From the NCBI GenBank assembly GCA_036505615.1, contig DASXTB010000409.1, positions 4,540 to 68,539 on the forward strand: a stretch of DNA of 64,000 nt, in the 5' to 3' direction. Position 1 is the first letter of the stretch. Each line of letters begins with the position of its first letter. The notes beneath the pieces were generated by a model. That model saw nothing but the letters and a program-made list of their open reading frames with translations, searched no databases and was not told the origin of the DNA. Source of the DNA: Acidobacteriota bacterium (GTDB lineage Bacteria; Acidobacteriota; UBA6911; JACQSX01). The translations under genes were made by a program, and so were the position numbers. This document shows positions 29,240 through 37,917 of this stretch, piece after piece.

Positions 29240-30079
29240 TTAGTTTCGCCTCGGTCGCTGGATGCGGCCAAATGGAGTGTCCATGTAACCCGGTTGCTGT
29301 GGAGAGGTCGGTTGTCGCAGACCGGGGTTAGTGGCCGAATTTCCCATCGTATTGCTGCCGGCAGCGCCGGTGCGCGCCGCTGCGGCTGTGCGTCCTGCTC
29401 CGGCGGCGCCTCCGACGGTTCCAATCTGAACGGACGGAGCGGCTCCGGGCGCAGGCATGCCGCCGGGTTGCGTGGCTGCGATTGCGGCCACTTTCTTGGC
29501 CCCTTTTCCGCCTATGGAAACAACGTTGGTCTGCAGTACCTGTGCCACGGCAACTTTGGTTCTGGGCGAAGCCTCGCTGCCCATTTCTATCGTCTCGGTG
29601 ACGCCTCCCGGCCAGGTGAACACGAGCGCATCCGGACGAATATCGGTCACCTTGCCGTGGATCATCAGCGTATCGCCTACCTGCACGGTGCGGCTCTGAG
29701 GCGCTGCTCCCTGCTGCGGCTCCTGGATGAAGGCAATCTTCTTATCCAAAATCATTGTCACTCCCACCAGTATCGGTTTGCCGGGCATCAGCGGAGGCGG
29801 AGGCGGCGCTTGGACGTTGGAGACAGGCATAGTTTCGGTGCGATTAGGGCAGAAAAGATTGCGCTCGAAGACAACGTTGTAGACTCCGGCCTGCGGAAGT
29901 GGAAGCGACGCATTGATGGGCTGCTGCGTGCTCGCGGGAAGTTTGCCGGCCTTGCCCGGCCTGATTTTGGTTACGTCGTTGGTCCGGCGATAGGTGTGCC
30001 ACTCTGACCTCACCACAGTGACGACCACAACGACCAGCAGCAGCAATATTATGTTTATCAATATTAGCTTGCGCTTCAT
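29240..30079 (-). CDS. GspC/PilP-like inner-membrane pilot/connector protein
   Basis: 279 aa. N-terminal TM (LILINIILLLLVVVVVTVV), a Pro-rich linker, and a C-terminal beta domain. Position between the PilO-like and secretin genes. Confidence 0.45.
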   Translation of the reverse strand: MKRKLILINIILLLLVVVVVTVVRSEWHTYRRTNDVTKIRPGKAGKLPASTQQPINASLPLPQAGVYNVVFERNLFCPNRTETMPVSNVQAPPPPPLMPGKPILVGVTMILDKKIAFIQEPQQGAAPQSRTVQVGDTLMIHGKVTDIRPDALVFTWPGGVTETIEMGSEASPRTKVAVAQVLQTNVVSIGGKGAKKVAAIAATQPGGMPAPGAAPSVQIGTVGGAAGAGRTAAAARTGAAGSNTMGNSATNPGLRQPTSPQQPGYMDTPFGRIQRPRRN

Positions 30080-30085
30080 TACCGT

Positions 30086-30640
30086 TTATCCTTTGCGCAC
30101 CAGCGCCGCCAGGGTGATTCGCGGCTGCATAACAACCTGATCCTTATTCATCCACGCGTTAATCTGGAGCTGGCGCACCTCCAGGAAGTAGGGATTACTG
30201 TTCAAACCGTAGAGAAAGCGAGTAAGAGGCCCGATGTCGGCAGTGACGTTGAAATCGATAGCGATCTTGCGGTAATTATCTTTTAGCTTTTCTTCCTGCA
30301 GAATATTGGTGCGGGTAATCGTCACTCCATTGGCCTGAGCGTACTGGTTCAGAGTGTCGCGCAACTTCGCCTCGGCCTCGCTGGGGTCATTGGCGACCAG
30401 AATCTGGCTTTGCAGCTTGGCTTTTTGCGCCTGCAGCGTTTTCAGTTCCTTAAGCAGGTCATCCCTGCGCTGCAGCCGTGCCTGATAACTCTCCAGCTTC
30501 TTCTTTTTCTGGTCGATGCTGGCAATTATGTCCGCCTTGGATTCCATGAAGGGAAACACTACCCAGTAGACCAAGCCAATAACTATGGCGGCCAGCACTC
30601 CGACGGCTAAAACGATGCGCTCCCGTTTATTGATCTTCAT
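30086..30640 (-). CDS. GspM/PilO-like assembly-platform protein
   Basis: 184 aa. N-terminal TM plus coiled coil (KKKLESYQARLQRRDDLLKELKTLQAQKAKLQSQ). ATGA overlap with the upstream gene. Confidence 0.6.
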   Translation of the reverse strand: MKINKRERIVLAVGVLAAIVIGLVYWVVFPFMESKADIIASIDQKKKKLESYQARLQRRDDLLKELKTLQAQKAKLQSQILVANDPSEAEAKLRDTLNQYAQANGVTITRTNILQEEKLKDNYRKIAIDFNVTADIGPLTRFLYGLNSNPYFLEVRQLQINAWMNKDQVVMQPRITLAALVRKG

Positions 30641-32034
30641 TGCCTTATGTCCGCCCGGAAATTAAACCTTTCCTTCTTTACGCGCGCATCGAAGGTAGTG
30701 TACTTATTTTCCACCTTCTGCAGGCGCCCCGACTTTAGCAGCACATTCTGAATCGCCGTCGGATTGTCAGAATAGCCGGTGATGTCGACGTACTTTGCTC
30801 CCGTGTCGATGGTCAGCATTTGCAGGTATGCCTCCTGAGGGATCTTTTCGGTCAGCTCTTTCAACACGTCCAGCATGGAGGTGCGTCCACGCGTGATTTC
30901 CTCCAGGTATCCGATGTCTGCTTTGGTCTTGTCTATTTCAGCGCGAGTTTTTTCCAGTTCCTTCACCTTCGGCTCCAGAGCGTGGACGCGCTCGTCCAAC
31001 TGGTCTGCAAATTCTTGACCCTGAAAGTATTCCCGTCCAGCCCACGCAACAAGGCCCGCAACCATCAACAAGGCCAGGATGACGGTAGGCAGATAACTGA
31101 GTTTTCTCACCGACCGGCGGCGCTCCGGCGGCAGCAGATTCAGAGCCACCGGGGATTGTTTCTTCCGGCGAAATGGAGCCAGCGCGAAGCCGACAGATTT
31201 ATTCAGCTTGGCTTCATCTTTCAGTTTCAGGCTCCCTTTCAGAGCATTGGCCAAAAGCTCTGTCTCCGGAAATCGTTGTTTGAATGCGCCGAAAAGCCCT
31301 TCGGCCGCCGTCCCGGAAAAATAGAAGCGGTCGATGGCGCCGTCTTCAATCTTTACCTGTGACAGAAGGAACTGCAGCTGGTCGAGCATTTGATCTACGG
31401 TCAATGCGCCGGCATCCGTGTAGACCTCCCGAGAAAAAATCTGCTCTTTTCCCTTGAGCACCACGATCTCTGAGGTTCGCTCGTTGACGTCAAAAACGAC
31501 CACCAGGTTTTTGCCCGCCAGCAGCTCCTTTTTCAGAGTGACCAGATTGAAAATCGCTGACGTGCTGATCTCGACGCGGCTGGGAGGGAACTTGTTGGCC
31601 CAGAGCCGCTCAATATAGGGGTCGAGCCACACCTTGCGGACCATAGCCACCAGCAAAACCAGCTTCTTTCGTTCCTCATCGCGCTTAAGAACCAGGTGAT
31701 CAAAATAGGAGGCGCCATCCTCGCTGGGCTGGTAGTACTCGACCTGGTACTTGAGCAACTGATCCAGGTTTTCGGCGGCCTCCATCGGCAGCTCCAGCTG
31801 CCTCAGGATTACCTGGCCGCGGGGCAGACCGAGAATGATGTTCTCCCGATTGAACCCGTTCTGCTTTCGGATCTGCTGCAGTTGCTGCCGGAGTTGCGCT
31901 TTGTCCAGTTGCAGGAAGTTCTCGATGACGTGGCTGCGGCCTACGCCGAATCCATTGACCATCCTCTTTACTACGGTCAAGACCACATCCTCACCTCGAA
32001 TCTCAATGCCGAGACTGGAATTAATGCCAACCAT
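30637..32034 (-). CDS. GspL-like protein (PilM actin-like ATPase fold fused to a PilN-like TM/coiled-coil domain)
   Basis: 465 aa. PilM-type N-terminus (VGINSSLGIEIRGEDVVLTVV). TM at about residue 330 followed by a coiled coil. Confidence 0.7.
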   Translation of the reverse strand: MVGINSSLGIEIRGEDVVLTVVKRMVNGFGVGRSHVIENFLQLDKAQLRQQLQQIRKQNGFNRENIILGLPRGQVILRQLELPMEAAENLDQLLKYQVEYYQPSEDGASYFDHLVLKRDEERKKLVLLVAMVRKVWLDPYIERLWANKFPPSRVEISTSAIFNLVTLKKELLAGKNLVVVFDVNERTSEIVVLKGKEQIFSREVYTDAGALTVDQMLDQLQFLLSQVKIEDGAIDRFYFSGTAAEGLFGAFKQRFPETELLANALKGSLKLKDEAKLNKSVGFALAPFRRKKQSPVALNLLPPERRRSVRKLSYLPTVILALLMVAGLVAWAGREYFQGQEFADQLDERVHALEPKVKELEKTRAEIDKTKADIGYLEEITRGRTSMLDVLKELTEKIPQEAYLQMLTIDTGAKYVDITGYSDNPTAIQNVLLKSGRLQKVENKYTTFDARVKKERFNFRADIRQ

Positions 32035-32131
32035 CTTTCTTTTTCACCCGTGAGCAAAGGCGCTGAGGCTTGCTAGCGCTGACTCTTTATTCTAAGGATG
32101 CGGGAGCTTTCCAACAGTTGTTGATCCCGCG

Positions 32132-33229
32132 CTACAGCTCTAAGTTATTTTCATTCCAATAAATGATCCGATATCCGGTCGAAGAAGCGTGGTCCACCGA
32201 AAAGGTGCAACGTATCACGGAAATGATCTTTCGCCCGTTCAGTTGGCCCACCGATCGCAGTGAAAACACAAGGGATGGCTGCGCGCTTAAAAATCCCAAG
32301 GCGTTCATATCCGCCTGTCCCACCACCTCCCCGACGTCCGTGGGGCTGGAAAAAGGCTTGGTGGCGCGACGGCTGATGATTGCCTGAGCCTTCTGGCGAT
32401 CCATCCCCGGTATAGATGCAAGAACCTCGAGTGGGGCCGAATTTATGTTAATGCGATTGAAAGAGCTGTAAGTCGTCAGAAAATTGACCAAGCCGCCCCG
32501 CGTCAGCTCCGCCCCGGATTCATCCTTGAACTTCTGGCCGTAAAAAATCTCCGGCGTGATGCCCTTTACCAGCAACAGCTCCTCGGTATTGTCCAGAGGA
32601 CCGTCCTTGCAGTGATAAGGCTCCGGCAGCGACATGTAGTAGCTGTCCTCGGCGCCGTTTAGATGAACGTCCTGGTCCTGATCGATCCAGTCGATCAGGC
32701 TGTCGACAATTCCATCTCCCACGTCTTGAGACAAGCCGATTTCCCTCATCAGCTTCCTTAACATCAGGTCACTGGCAAAATTGACGTTGATTTTTCCTGT
32801 TTCGTCCGTGACGGTGATTTCCGCCGATCCGTTGGCCATTTCGAAATGGAGCTGCCCTCGTGCCAGATCTTCTTCCTCGGCCTGCTGGGTGGCCGGGTCG
32901 CCGGTAGTGGGACGAAGGGCGCGCAGCAACGCACGGTTGATGCCGTAATAGATTCCCGAGCGGGCAATGTAATAAGACTGCTTTAGGTCCACCTCGTTGA
33001 CGGTGGCCTTCACTTCCATGCGCACCGAGCGGCTGAAAGAGAGCGCAATTAGCGACAGTGCCACCAGCACCCACGACAGGAGCACCATCAGAGAACCGCG
33101 CTCGTCGCGCGGCCGGCCCAATGAATACCTGTTTCGCCCAATTGATCTTTTTTCTGCCCACACGCCTGCTGCGGCAAATCTTTCGCGTGGCGGTATTTGT
33201 GCCCCTTTGAACTCTTCGCGTGGACTCAT
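32132..33229 (-). CDS. GspK-like minor pseudopilin
   Basis: The TGKINVNFA / ININSAPLEVL region is typical of GspK. Start chosen at 33229 (ATGA overlap with the gspJ-like stop). An alternative start at 33088 sits directly on the TM helix. Confidence 0.6.
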   Translation of the reverse strand: MSPREEFKGAQIPPRERFAAAGVWAEKRSIGRNRYSLGRPRDERGSLMVLLSWVLVALSLIALSFSRSVRMEVKATVNEVDLKQSYYIARSGIYYGINRALLRALRPTTGDPATQQAEEEDLARGQLHFEMANGSAEITVTDETGKINVNFASDLMLRKLMREIGLSQDVGDGIVDSLIDWIDQDQDVHLNGAEDSYYMSLPEPYHCKDGPLDNTEELLLVKGITPEIFYGQKFKDESGAELTRGGLVNFLTTYSSFNRININSAPLEVLASIPGMDRQKAQAIISRRATKPFSSPTDVGEVVGQADMNALGFLSAQPSLVFSLRSVGQLNGRKIISVIRCTFSVDHASSTGYRIIYWNENNLEL

Positions 33230-34002
33230 GGCGTCACCTGGCTTCCGATGATCCCCCGAAGCTGCGGAGGCAATGCGGGTGCACCACCCGCGATCGCCCG
33301 AGAATCGGCGTTGATGATGCCTACGATTCTCAATTTTTGCTGGTTCTTTTTGACCAGGGTGATACGAATCGCCAACGGCAGCCTTCCGATTGTCTCGGCG
33401 TCCCAGGGACCATCCCATGAGTAATCGCCCTGCCCTCTGTCGCCGAAATACTCAAATTTCCCGTTCTCCAGGCCCGAAAAAAATACCGTGGATTTCTGCG
33501 CGCCGGCGCCCATGTTCAAATAAGTCTGCCCGCCTCGGTACTGGCTCTCTGCTTCAAGAAAATCCAGGCTCCCCTGCGTTCCCGGAGCCAGAGAATAAGA
33601 GATCATCGACATGCCGGCGTTCTTCTTGAAGAACAGCGGAGCAAAGCTGGCAAAGAGCACATGCTGGTCGTCGCCTTTAAACAGCGGCGGAATCTGCTGC
33701 CGCATCGCAACCAGTCGCTCAAAGAATCCCTGGGGATTCAGTTCCGGCTGTTCGCCCTGCCGCTGCGCGCGGATTGGCTCGTAGAATTTCCCTTTCGGCC
33801 GAACCGGGAATGAAGATCCAATCTGCGTCTTGACCAGCTCGATGATTACTTTCTCGCGCTGGGAGCTTTCTATCCGCTCGTTCCCTTTTCTGTAGGCATT
33901 CAGAGAGACTCGCAGCGCCAGAAACACGATCACAGACAGAACCGACACCAGCGTCAGCGTGATCAGCAATTCAAGCAGTGTAAAACCTCGTTGGCCTCTC
34001 AT
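33226..34002 (-). CDS. GspJ-like pseudopilin
   Basis: Prepilin N-terminus MRGQRGFTLLELLITLTLVSVL. Start at 34002 overlaps the stop of the upstream gene (ATGA). Confidence 0.55.
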   Translation of the reverse strand: MRGQRGFTLLELLITLTLVSVLSVIVFLALRVSLNAYRKGNERIESSQREKVIIELVKTQIGSSFPVRPKGKFYEPIRAQRQGEQPELNPQGFFERLVAMRQQIPPLFKGDDQHVLFASFAPLFFKKNAGMSMISYSLAPGTQGSLDFLEAESQYRGGQTYLNMGAGAQKSTVFFSGLENGKFEYFGDRGQGDYSWDGPWDAETIGRLPLAIRITLVKKNQQKLRIVGIINADSRAIAGGAPALPPQLRGIIGSQVTP

Positions 34003-34772
34003 TGGAAATTCCTGAACGGGTTGTTGGGCTGAGCTATGGGCGGGCGAGGCGCGTTGGGGGGCGCGCTGAAAGCACCGGGAGTGTTCAAGGCCGGCTGCTC
34101 GCGCAAGCCCACCGGTTTCAGGCAAACCAGGCGATACAGCTTTCCATTTTTGTCATTCTTGTAGATCACATCCACACGGACGCTCAACAGTTTCATGGGA
34201 AATTGGGTGCGTCCGTCCCATCGGGCTTGTTCTGGAATCTCAAAGTCTTGAACCATCGCCTCCCACCGGAAATTGTCGTCCAGATCATCGTGTCTAGTTA
34301 TCGGGCCCTTGATGGTCTCATCGGAGAGAATTTCATTCATGACGTTCTCCGCGTAATTCATCGCCTGGCCGGCCAGGTCCATCTTGCGCACATTCTTCAG
34401 CGCTCCTGAAAAGAGTTGCAGAGCTACAGTGATGCCTATGCTGACGATCGCCAGCGCCACGACCACTTCCAGTAAGCTGAAACCCCTCCTGGAATGCCGA
34501 ATGCCGAGTGCGGAATGCGGAATGCTTTCTGAATGCGGAATGTCTTTTGAACGCGGAAGGCGAAATGCGGAATGCGGAATGCTCCTTGAATGCGGAATGG
34601 GGATTGCGGAATGCGGAATGTCTCCTGATTGGGGAACGTCCAACGCGGAACAGAGAGTGAAAGACGGCAGCCGATTAACAGTTTGAAATCCCCATTCCGC
34701 ACTCTGCATTCCGCATTCCGCATTCGATACCCCGCATTCCGCATTCGAAATTCCGCATTCGAAATTCCGCAT
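33999..34772 (-). CDS. GspI-like pseudopilin; 5' end undefined because the ORF runs into a GCGGAAT repeat array
   Basis: Prepilin motif SRRGFSLLEVVVALAIVSIGITVAL at ORF residues 95-120. No ATG/GTG lies near the motif; the nearest in-frame candidates are ATT (34502) or TTG. The upstream 90 codons are translated repeat. Confidence 0.5.
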   Translation of the reverse strand: MRNFECGISNAECGVSNAECGMQSAEWGFQTVNRLPSFTLCSALDVPQSGDIPHSAIPIPHSRSIPHSAFRLPRSKDIPHSESIPHSALGIRHSRRGFSLLEVVVALAIVSIGITVALQLFSGALKNVRKMDLAGQAMNYAENVMNEILSDETIKGPITRHDDLDDNFRWEAMVQDFEIPEQARWDGRTQFPMKLLSVRVDVIYKNDKNGKLYRLVCLKPVGLREQPALNTPGAFSAPPNAPRPPIAQPNNPFRNFQ

Positions 34773-34800
34773 TACCCACGCTCCTTCGGGATGGTCAACT
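34490..34800. repeat. GCGGAATGC heptamer/nonamer arrays in inverted orientation within the pseudopilin operon
   Basis: (gcggaatgc)n at 34490-34640 and (gcattccgc)n at 34690-34790. Confidence 0.7.
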
Positions 34801-35428
34801 TAGCCGATCCGGTAATCACGTCGGTTTTCACAATCACCTTCCGGCCGCGGTCGTTTTCCAATACCAACTCCGCATCATCGGCTCGGCCGTTCGGGTAAAA
34901 GCTGATGTAGACGGCCGGATCCCGACTTTCCTCTCCTTCAAACTTTACGGAACTCACTTTGATCTCGTCGCTAAGCCCAAAGTCGTGGACCTTGTCGTGA
35001 TAGGCGTCCGCCAGAAAGATGATGTTGCGGTCCCTTTGGACTGCGATCCGATAAACCCGCTGCTCCCCGACGGCCAAAGTCCGGGCGGTGCGGCACAATG
35101 TAACGAAGTCTCGCCCTTTGGCCTCCAGTCTCATGCCCGCAAGGCCCGTGCGCATCGACGGCATCACAACCGCCATGGCGACGGCTATTATCACCAACAC
35201 GATCACGACCTCGATGAGGGTGAAACCTCTTCGGGATTGCGGAATGCGGAATGCGGAATGGCTCAATTGCGGAATGCGGATTGCGGACTGCGGATTACTC
35301 GATTTCGGATTTCGGATTGCGGATTGCGAATTGCGGATAGTACGTTCCAATCTGTCAATCCGCAATCCGCAATCCGCAATCCGAAATTGGATAACCTGAT
35401 GCTCCAAAATACAGCCATCAAAGTGCAC
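34772..35428 (-). CDS. GspH-like pseudopilin; 5' end undefined (repeat array upstream)
   Basis: Prepilin motif QSRRGFTLIEVVIVLVIIAVAMAVV. No nearby ATG; a TTG at 35266 would give a 14-aa leader. Confidence 0.5.
   Translation of the reverse strand: MHFDGCILEHQVIQFRIADCGLRIDRLERTIRNSQSAIRNPKSSNPQSAIRIPQLSHSAFRIPQSRRGFTLIEVVIVLVIIAVAMAVVMPSMRTGLAGMRLEAKGRDFVTLCRTARTLAVGEQRVYRIAVQRDRNIIFLADAYHDKVHDFGLSDEIKVSSVKFEGEESRDPAVYISFYPNGRADDAELVLENDRGRKVIVKTDVITGSAKLTIPKERG
35235..35400. repeat. CGGAATG/CGGATTG arrays with an inverted CAATCCG partner
   Basis: cgggattgcggaatgcggaatgcggaatgg...gcggattgcggattgcgaattgcgg / caatccgcaatccgcaatccgcaatccg. Confidence 0.65.
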
Positions 35429-35865
35429 TAGTTACTCTCCCACGAAGTGATGTCGGCATTTTGGCCTTGGCCACCCTCTTGGCCGTCTGGGCCAAAAGAG
35501 TAAAGATCGAACTCACCGTGCTGGCCGGGGCAGCGATAGATGAATTCACGCTTCCAGGCATCTTTGGGCACGAAGTTCTTCTGCAGGTATGGACCATTCC
35601 AGTTGGCGATGTTTCCCGGATTTACTAACAAGGCGTGCAGCCCCTCTTCTGTTGCCGGATAACGACCCACATCAACCTTGAATGAGTCCAGCGCCGTCTC
35701 CAACAAGCTGATCTGCCTCTTGGTAATCGTTATTCGGGCCTTTATCAGGTGATCCATGATTGCTGGAGTCACCAGCCCGGCCAGCAGACCCAAAATGACA
35801 AGAACTACAATCAGTTCGATCAGAGAAAACCCTCTCTGCCTTTCTTCACTTCTGTCCGTTGCCAT
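35428..35865 (-). CDS. gspG: Major pseudopilin GspG
   Basis: MATDRSEERQRGFSLIELIVVLVILGLLAGLV. GspG hallmark C-terminus (YSFGPDGQEGGQGQNADITSW). Confidence 0.8.
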   Translation of the reverse strand: MATDRSEERQRGFSLIELIVVLVILGLLAGLVTPAIMDHLIKARITITKRQISLLETALDSFKVDVGRYPATEEGLHALLVNPGNIANWNGPYLQKNFVPKDAWKREFIYRCPGQHGEFDLYSFGPDGQEGGQGQNADITSWESN

Positions 35866-35958
35866 AAGACCTCCGATCCGTATGGATCCCGCTGGGACTA
35901 ATTCCGCATTCCGCAATCCGCATTCCGCATTTGAGCGAATCCGCATTCCGCAATCGCA

Positions 35959-36399
35959 TCACCGCTTGTCCACCCACGAGGTAATATCCGCGTTTTCGCC
36001 GTCTCCTCCCTCCTGGCCGTCGGCGCCCAGCGAATAGAGGTCGTATTCACCGTGCTGCCCGGGAGCGCGATAGACGTAGTCATGACCCCAGGGGTCTTTC
36101 GGTACCGCGTTCTTCTTCAAGTAGGGCCCGCTCCAATTGGCGATATTTCCCGAGTTTTGAATCAGCGATTCCAGCCCCTCCTGGGTTGTGGGATAACGGC
36201 CCACATCGAAGTTGAACAAATCCAGCGACTCCTCAAACTGCGAGATCTGGACCTTGGCTATCTGCGCGCGGCTGCCTTTCAACTTGGACATCACCTTGGG
36301 ACCTACCACCGCGGCCAGCAGGCCTAAAATGACCAGTACCACGATCAGTTCGATAAGCGAAAATCCTTCATCTTTCCGTTTGCGTTCGACCTTGAACAT
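35959..36399 (-). CDS. gspG: Major pseudopilin GspG, second paralog
   Basis: MFKVERKRKDEGFSLIELIVVLVILGLLAAVV ... YSLGADGQEGGDGENADITSW. Confidence 0.8.
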   Translation of the reverse strand: MFKVERKRKDEGFSLIELIVVLVILGLLAAVVGPKVMSKLKGSRAQIAKVQISQFEESLDLFNFDVGRYPTTQEGLESLIQNSGNIANWSGPYLKKNAVPKDPWGHDYVYRAPGQHGEYDLYSLGADGQEGGDGENADITSWVDKR

Positions 36400-36404
36400 A
36401 CAGT

Positions 36405-36520
36405 TCCTCGTTTAGTCCGTTGTCGGTTGTCCCTAGTCCGTTGTCCGTAGTCGGTTGTCCATTGTTTGGTCAAATCGTATCTTTAAGGCACCTGACTACT
36501 GACAACGGACCACTGACTAA
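36405..36520. repeat. GTCCGTT heptamer array with an inverted partner (same family as the inner arms at 11395-11480)
   Basis: tagtccgttgtcggttgtccctagtccgttgtccgtagtcggttgtcc ... ctgacaacggaccactgac. Confidence 0.65.
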
Positions 36521-36525
36521 CGATC

Positions 36526-37746
36526 CTACAAAGGTACGTCATTGATGCTAAAAATGGCCATCAACATCGAAACAACCATGGTTCCGATAATCAAACCCAT
36601 AACCAGAATAATCGCCGGCTCAAAGAATGAGACCAAGCGCTTCAAAGCATTGCGCACTTCCTTGTCGTAAGTGTCGGCGACCTGCAGCATCATCTTGTCC
36701 AGGTTTCCGGTCTCCTCCCCTACCTCGACCAAATGCAGCGCGAAAGGAGGAAATATATTCGCTTCCCGAATAGGGACTGAGATTCCCTCGCCTTTCTTTA
36801 TTCCGGATTTGATCGAGTCCATGCGCGAGGCAATGGCCTGGTTGTTGACGATCTCTTTGACGATCGTCATAGCGTTGAGCAGCGGCACCGAACTGCGCAG
36901 CAATGTTCCCAGAGTTCGACTGAATCGGGAAACTTCCATCTTGTGAACGACCGGGCCCACCAAAGGAAGACGCAGCATTCTGCGGTCCCAGTTGAGGCGC
37001 CCTTCCTCGGTGGCAAGGTAGCGCCGCAAGCCAAAGAAGATGGACCCGGCCACCAGCAGCAACAGCCACCACCAGCCCCGCAGAAAATTGCTGATCCCCA
37101 GCATGATCCTCATGGGAAGCGGCATGGGAGCGCCGGCATTTTCAAAGATCACCGTAAACTGGGGAATGACGAACAAAACCAGGATGATAATCGAGCTGAC
37201 GCCCACCAGAGTCAGCAGCGCCGGATAGATGAGTGACGAGATAAAGTAGCTTTTCAAATCCTGCGCGCTTTCCAGGTATTCGCCCAGCCGCTCCAGGATA
37301 TTGTCCAGCACTCCGCCTGCCTCGCCGGCACGGATCATGTTGACATAAATCTTTGGAAACACGCGGGGGTGTTTTGCCAGGGCGTCTGCAAGCGACTTGC
37401 CGCCGCGCACCTCATCCAGCACGTCACGGATTACTTCACGAAAGTGCTGGTTTTCCGTAAGCGCGGTAAGAATGGACAGAGAGCGATCCAGCGGAAGGCC
37501 GGCCTTTACGAGCGTCCCCAGCTCCTGTGTAAAGACCAGCAGCTCTTTGGTACTGACTCTTTTCCGGCCAAACGGAAGCGAAAAAGCACGGCGGAAGAGA
37601 GAGCCCTCCTCCTCGCTCGCTACCCGGATGGGAAGATACCCCTGATCGCGCAGCTTGCTGATGACACTTCTGTCATCCAGCGCGTCGAGGGTCCCCTCGA
37701 CCACTCTTCCATCCAGCGTCATCGCCTTATAACTAAAAGAAGCCAT
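36526..37746 (-). CDS. gspF: Type II secretion / type IV pilus inner-membrane platform protein GspF/PilC
   Basis: 406 aa. Two GspF-type repeats, each with three TM helices. Confidence 0.85.
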   Translation of the reverse strand: MASFSYKAMTLDGRVVEGTLDALDDRSVISKLRDQGYLPIRVASEEEGSLFRRAFSLPFGRKRVSTKELLVFTQELGTLVKAGLPLDRSLSILTALTENQHFREVIRDVLDEVRGGKSLADALAKHPRVFPKIYVNMIRAGEAGGVLDNILERLGEYLESAQDLKSYFISSLIYPALLTLVGVSSIIILVLFVIPQFTVIFENAGAPMPLPMRIMLGISNFLRGWWWLLLLVAGSIFFGLRRYLATEEGRLNWDRRMLRLPLVGPVVHKMEVSRFSRTLGTLLRSSVPLLNAMTIVKEIVNNQAIASRMDSIKSGIKKGEGISVPIREANIFPPFALHLVEVGEETGNLDKMMLQVADTYDKEVRNALKRLVSFFEPAIILVMGLIIGTMVVSMLMAIFSINDVPL

Positions 37747-37917
37747 TTTTTAATTTCGGATTGCGGATTGCGGATTTCGGATTGCAGATTTCGGATTGCG
37801 GATTGGGAATTGACAGCTAAGCGAGTTGCTCACAATGCGCAAACCCGCCATCCGCGAATCCCCAATCCGCAATCCGAAATCAGCAGTCCGAAATCCGAAA
37901 TCCGCAATCCGCATTCC
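37747..37917. repeat. CGGATTG heptamer arrays in inverted orientation between gspF and gspE
   Basis: tttcggattgcggattgcggatttcggattgcagatttcggattgcggattgg ... aatccgcaatccgaaatcagcagtccgaaatccgaaatccgcaatccgc. Confidence 0.7.

Noticed and set aside
29092-29424. 110-aa minus-strand ORF bridging the secretin and PilP-like genes
   Set aside because: Overlaps the PilP-like 3' end and the secretin start in a different frame. Arg-rich shadow ORF.
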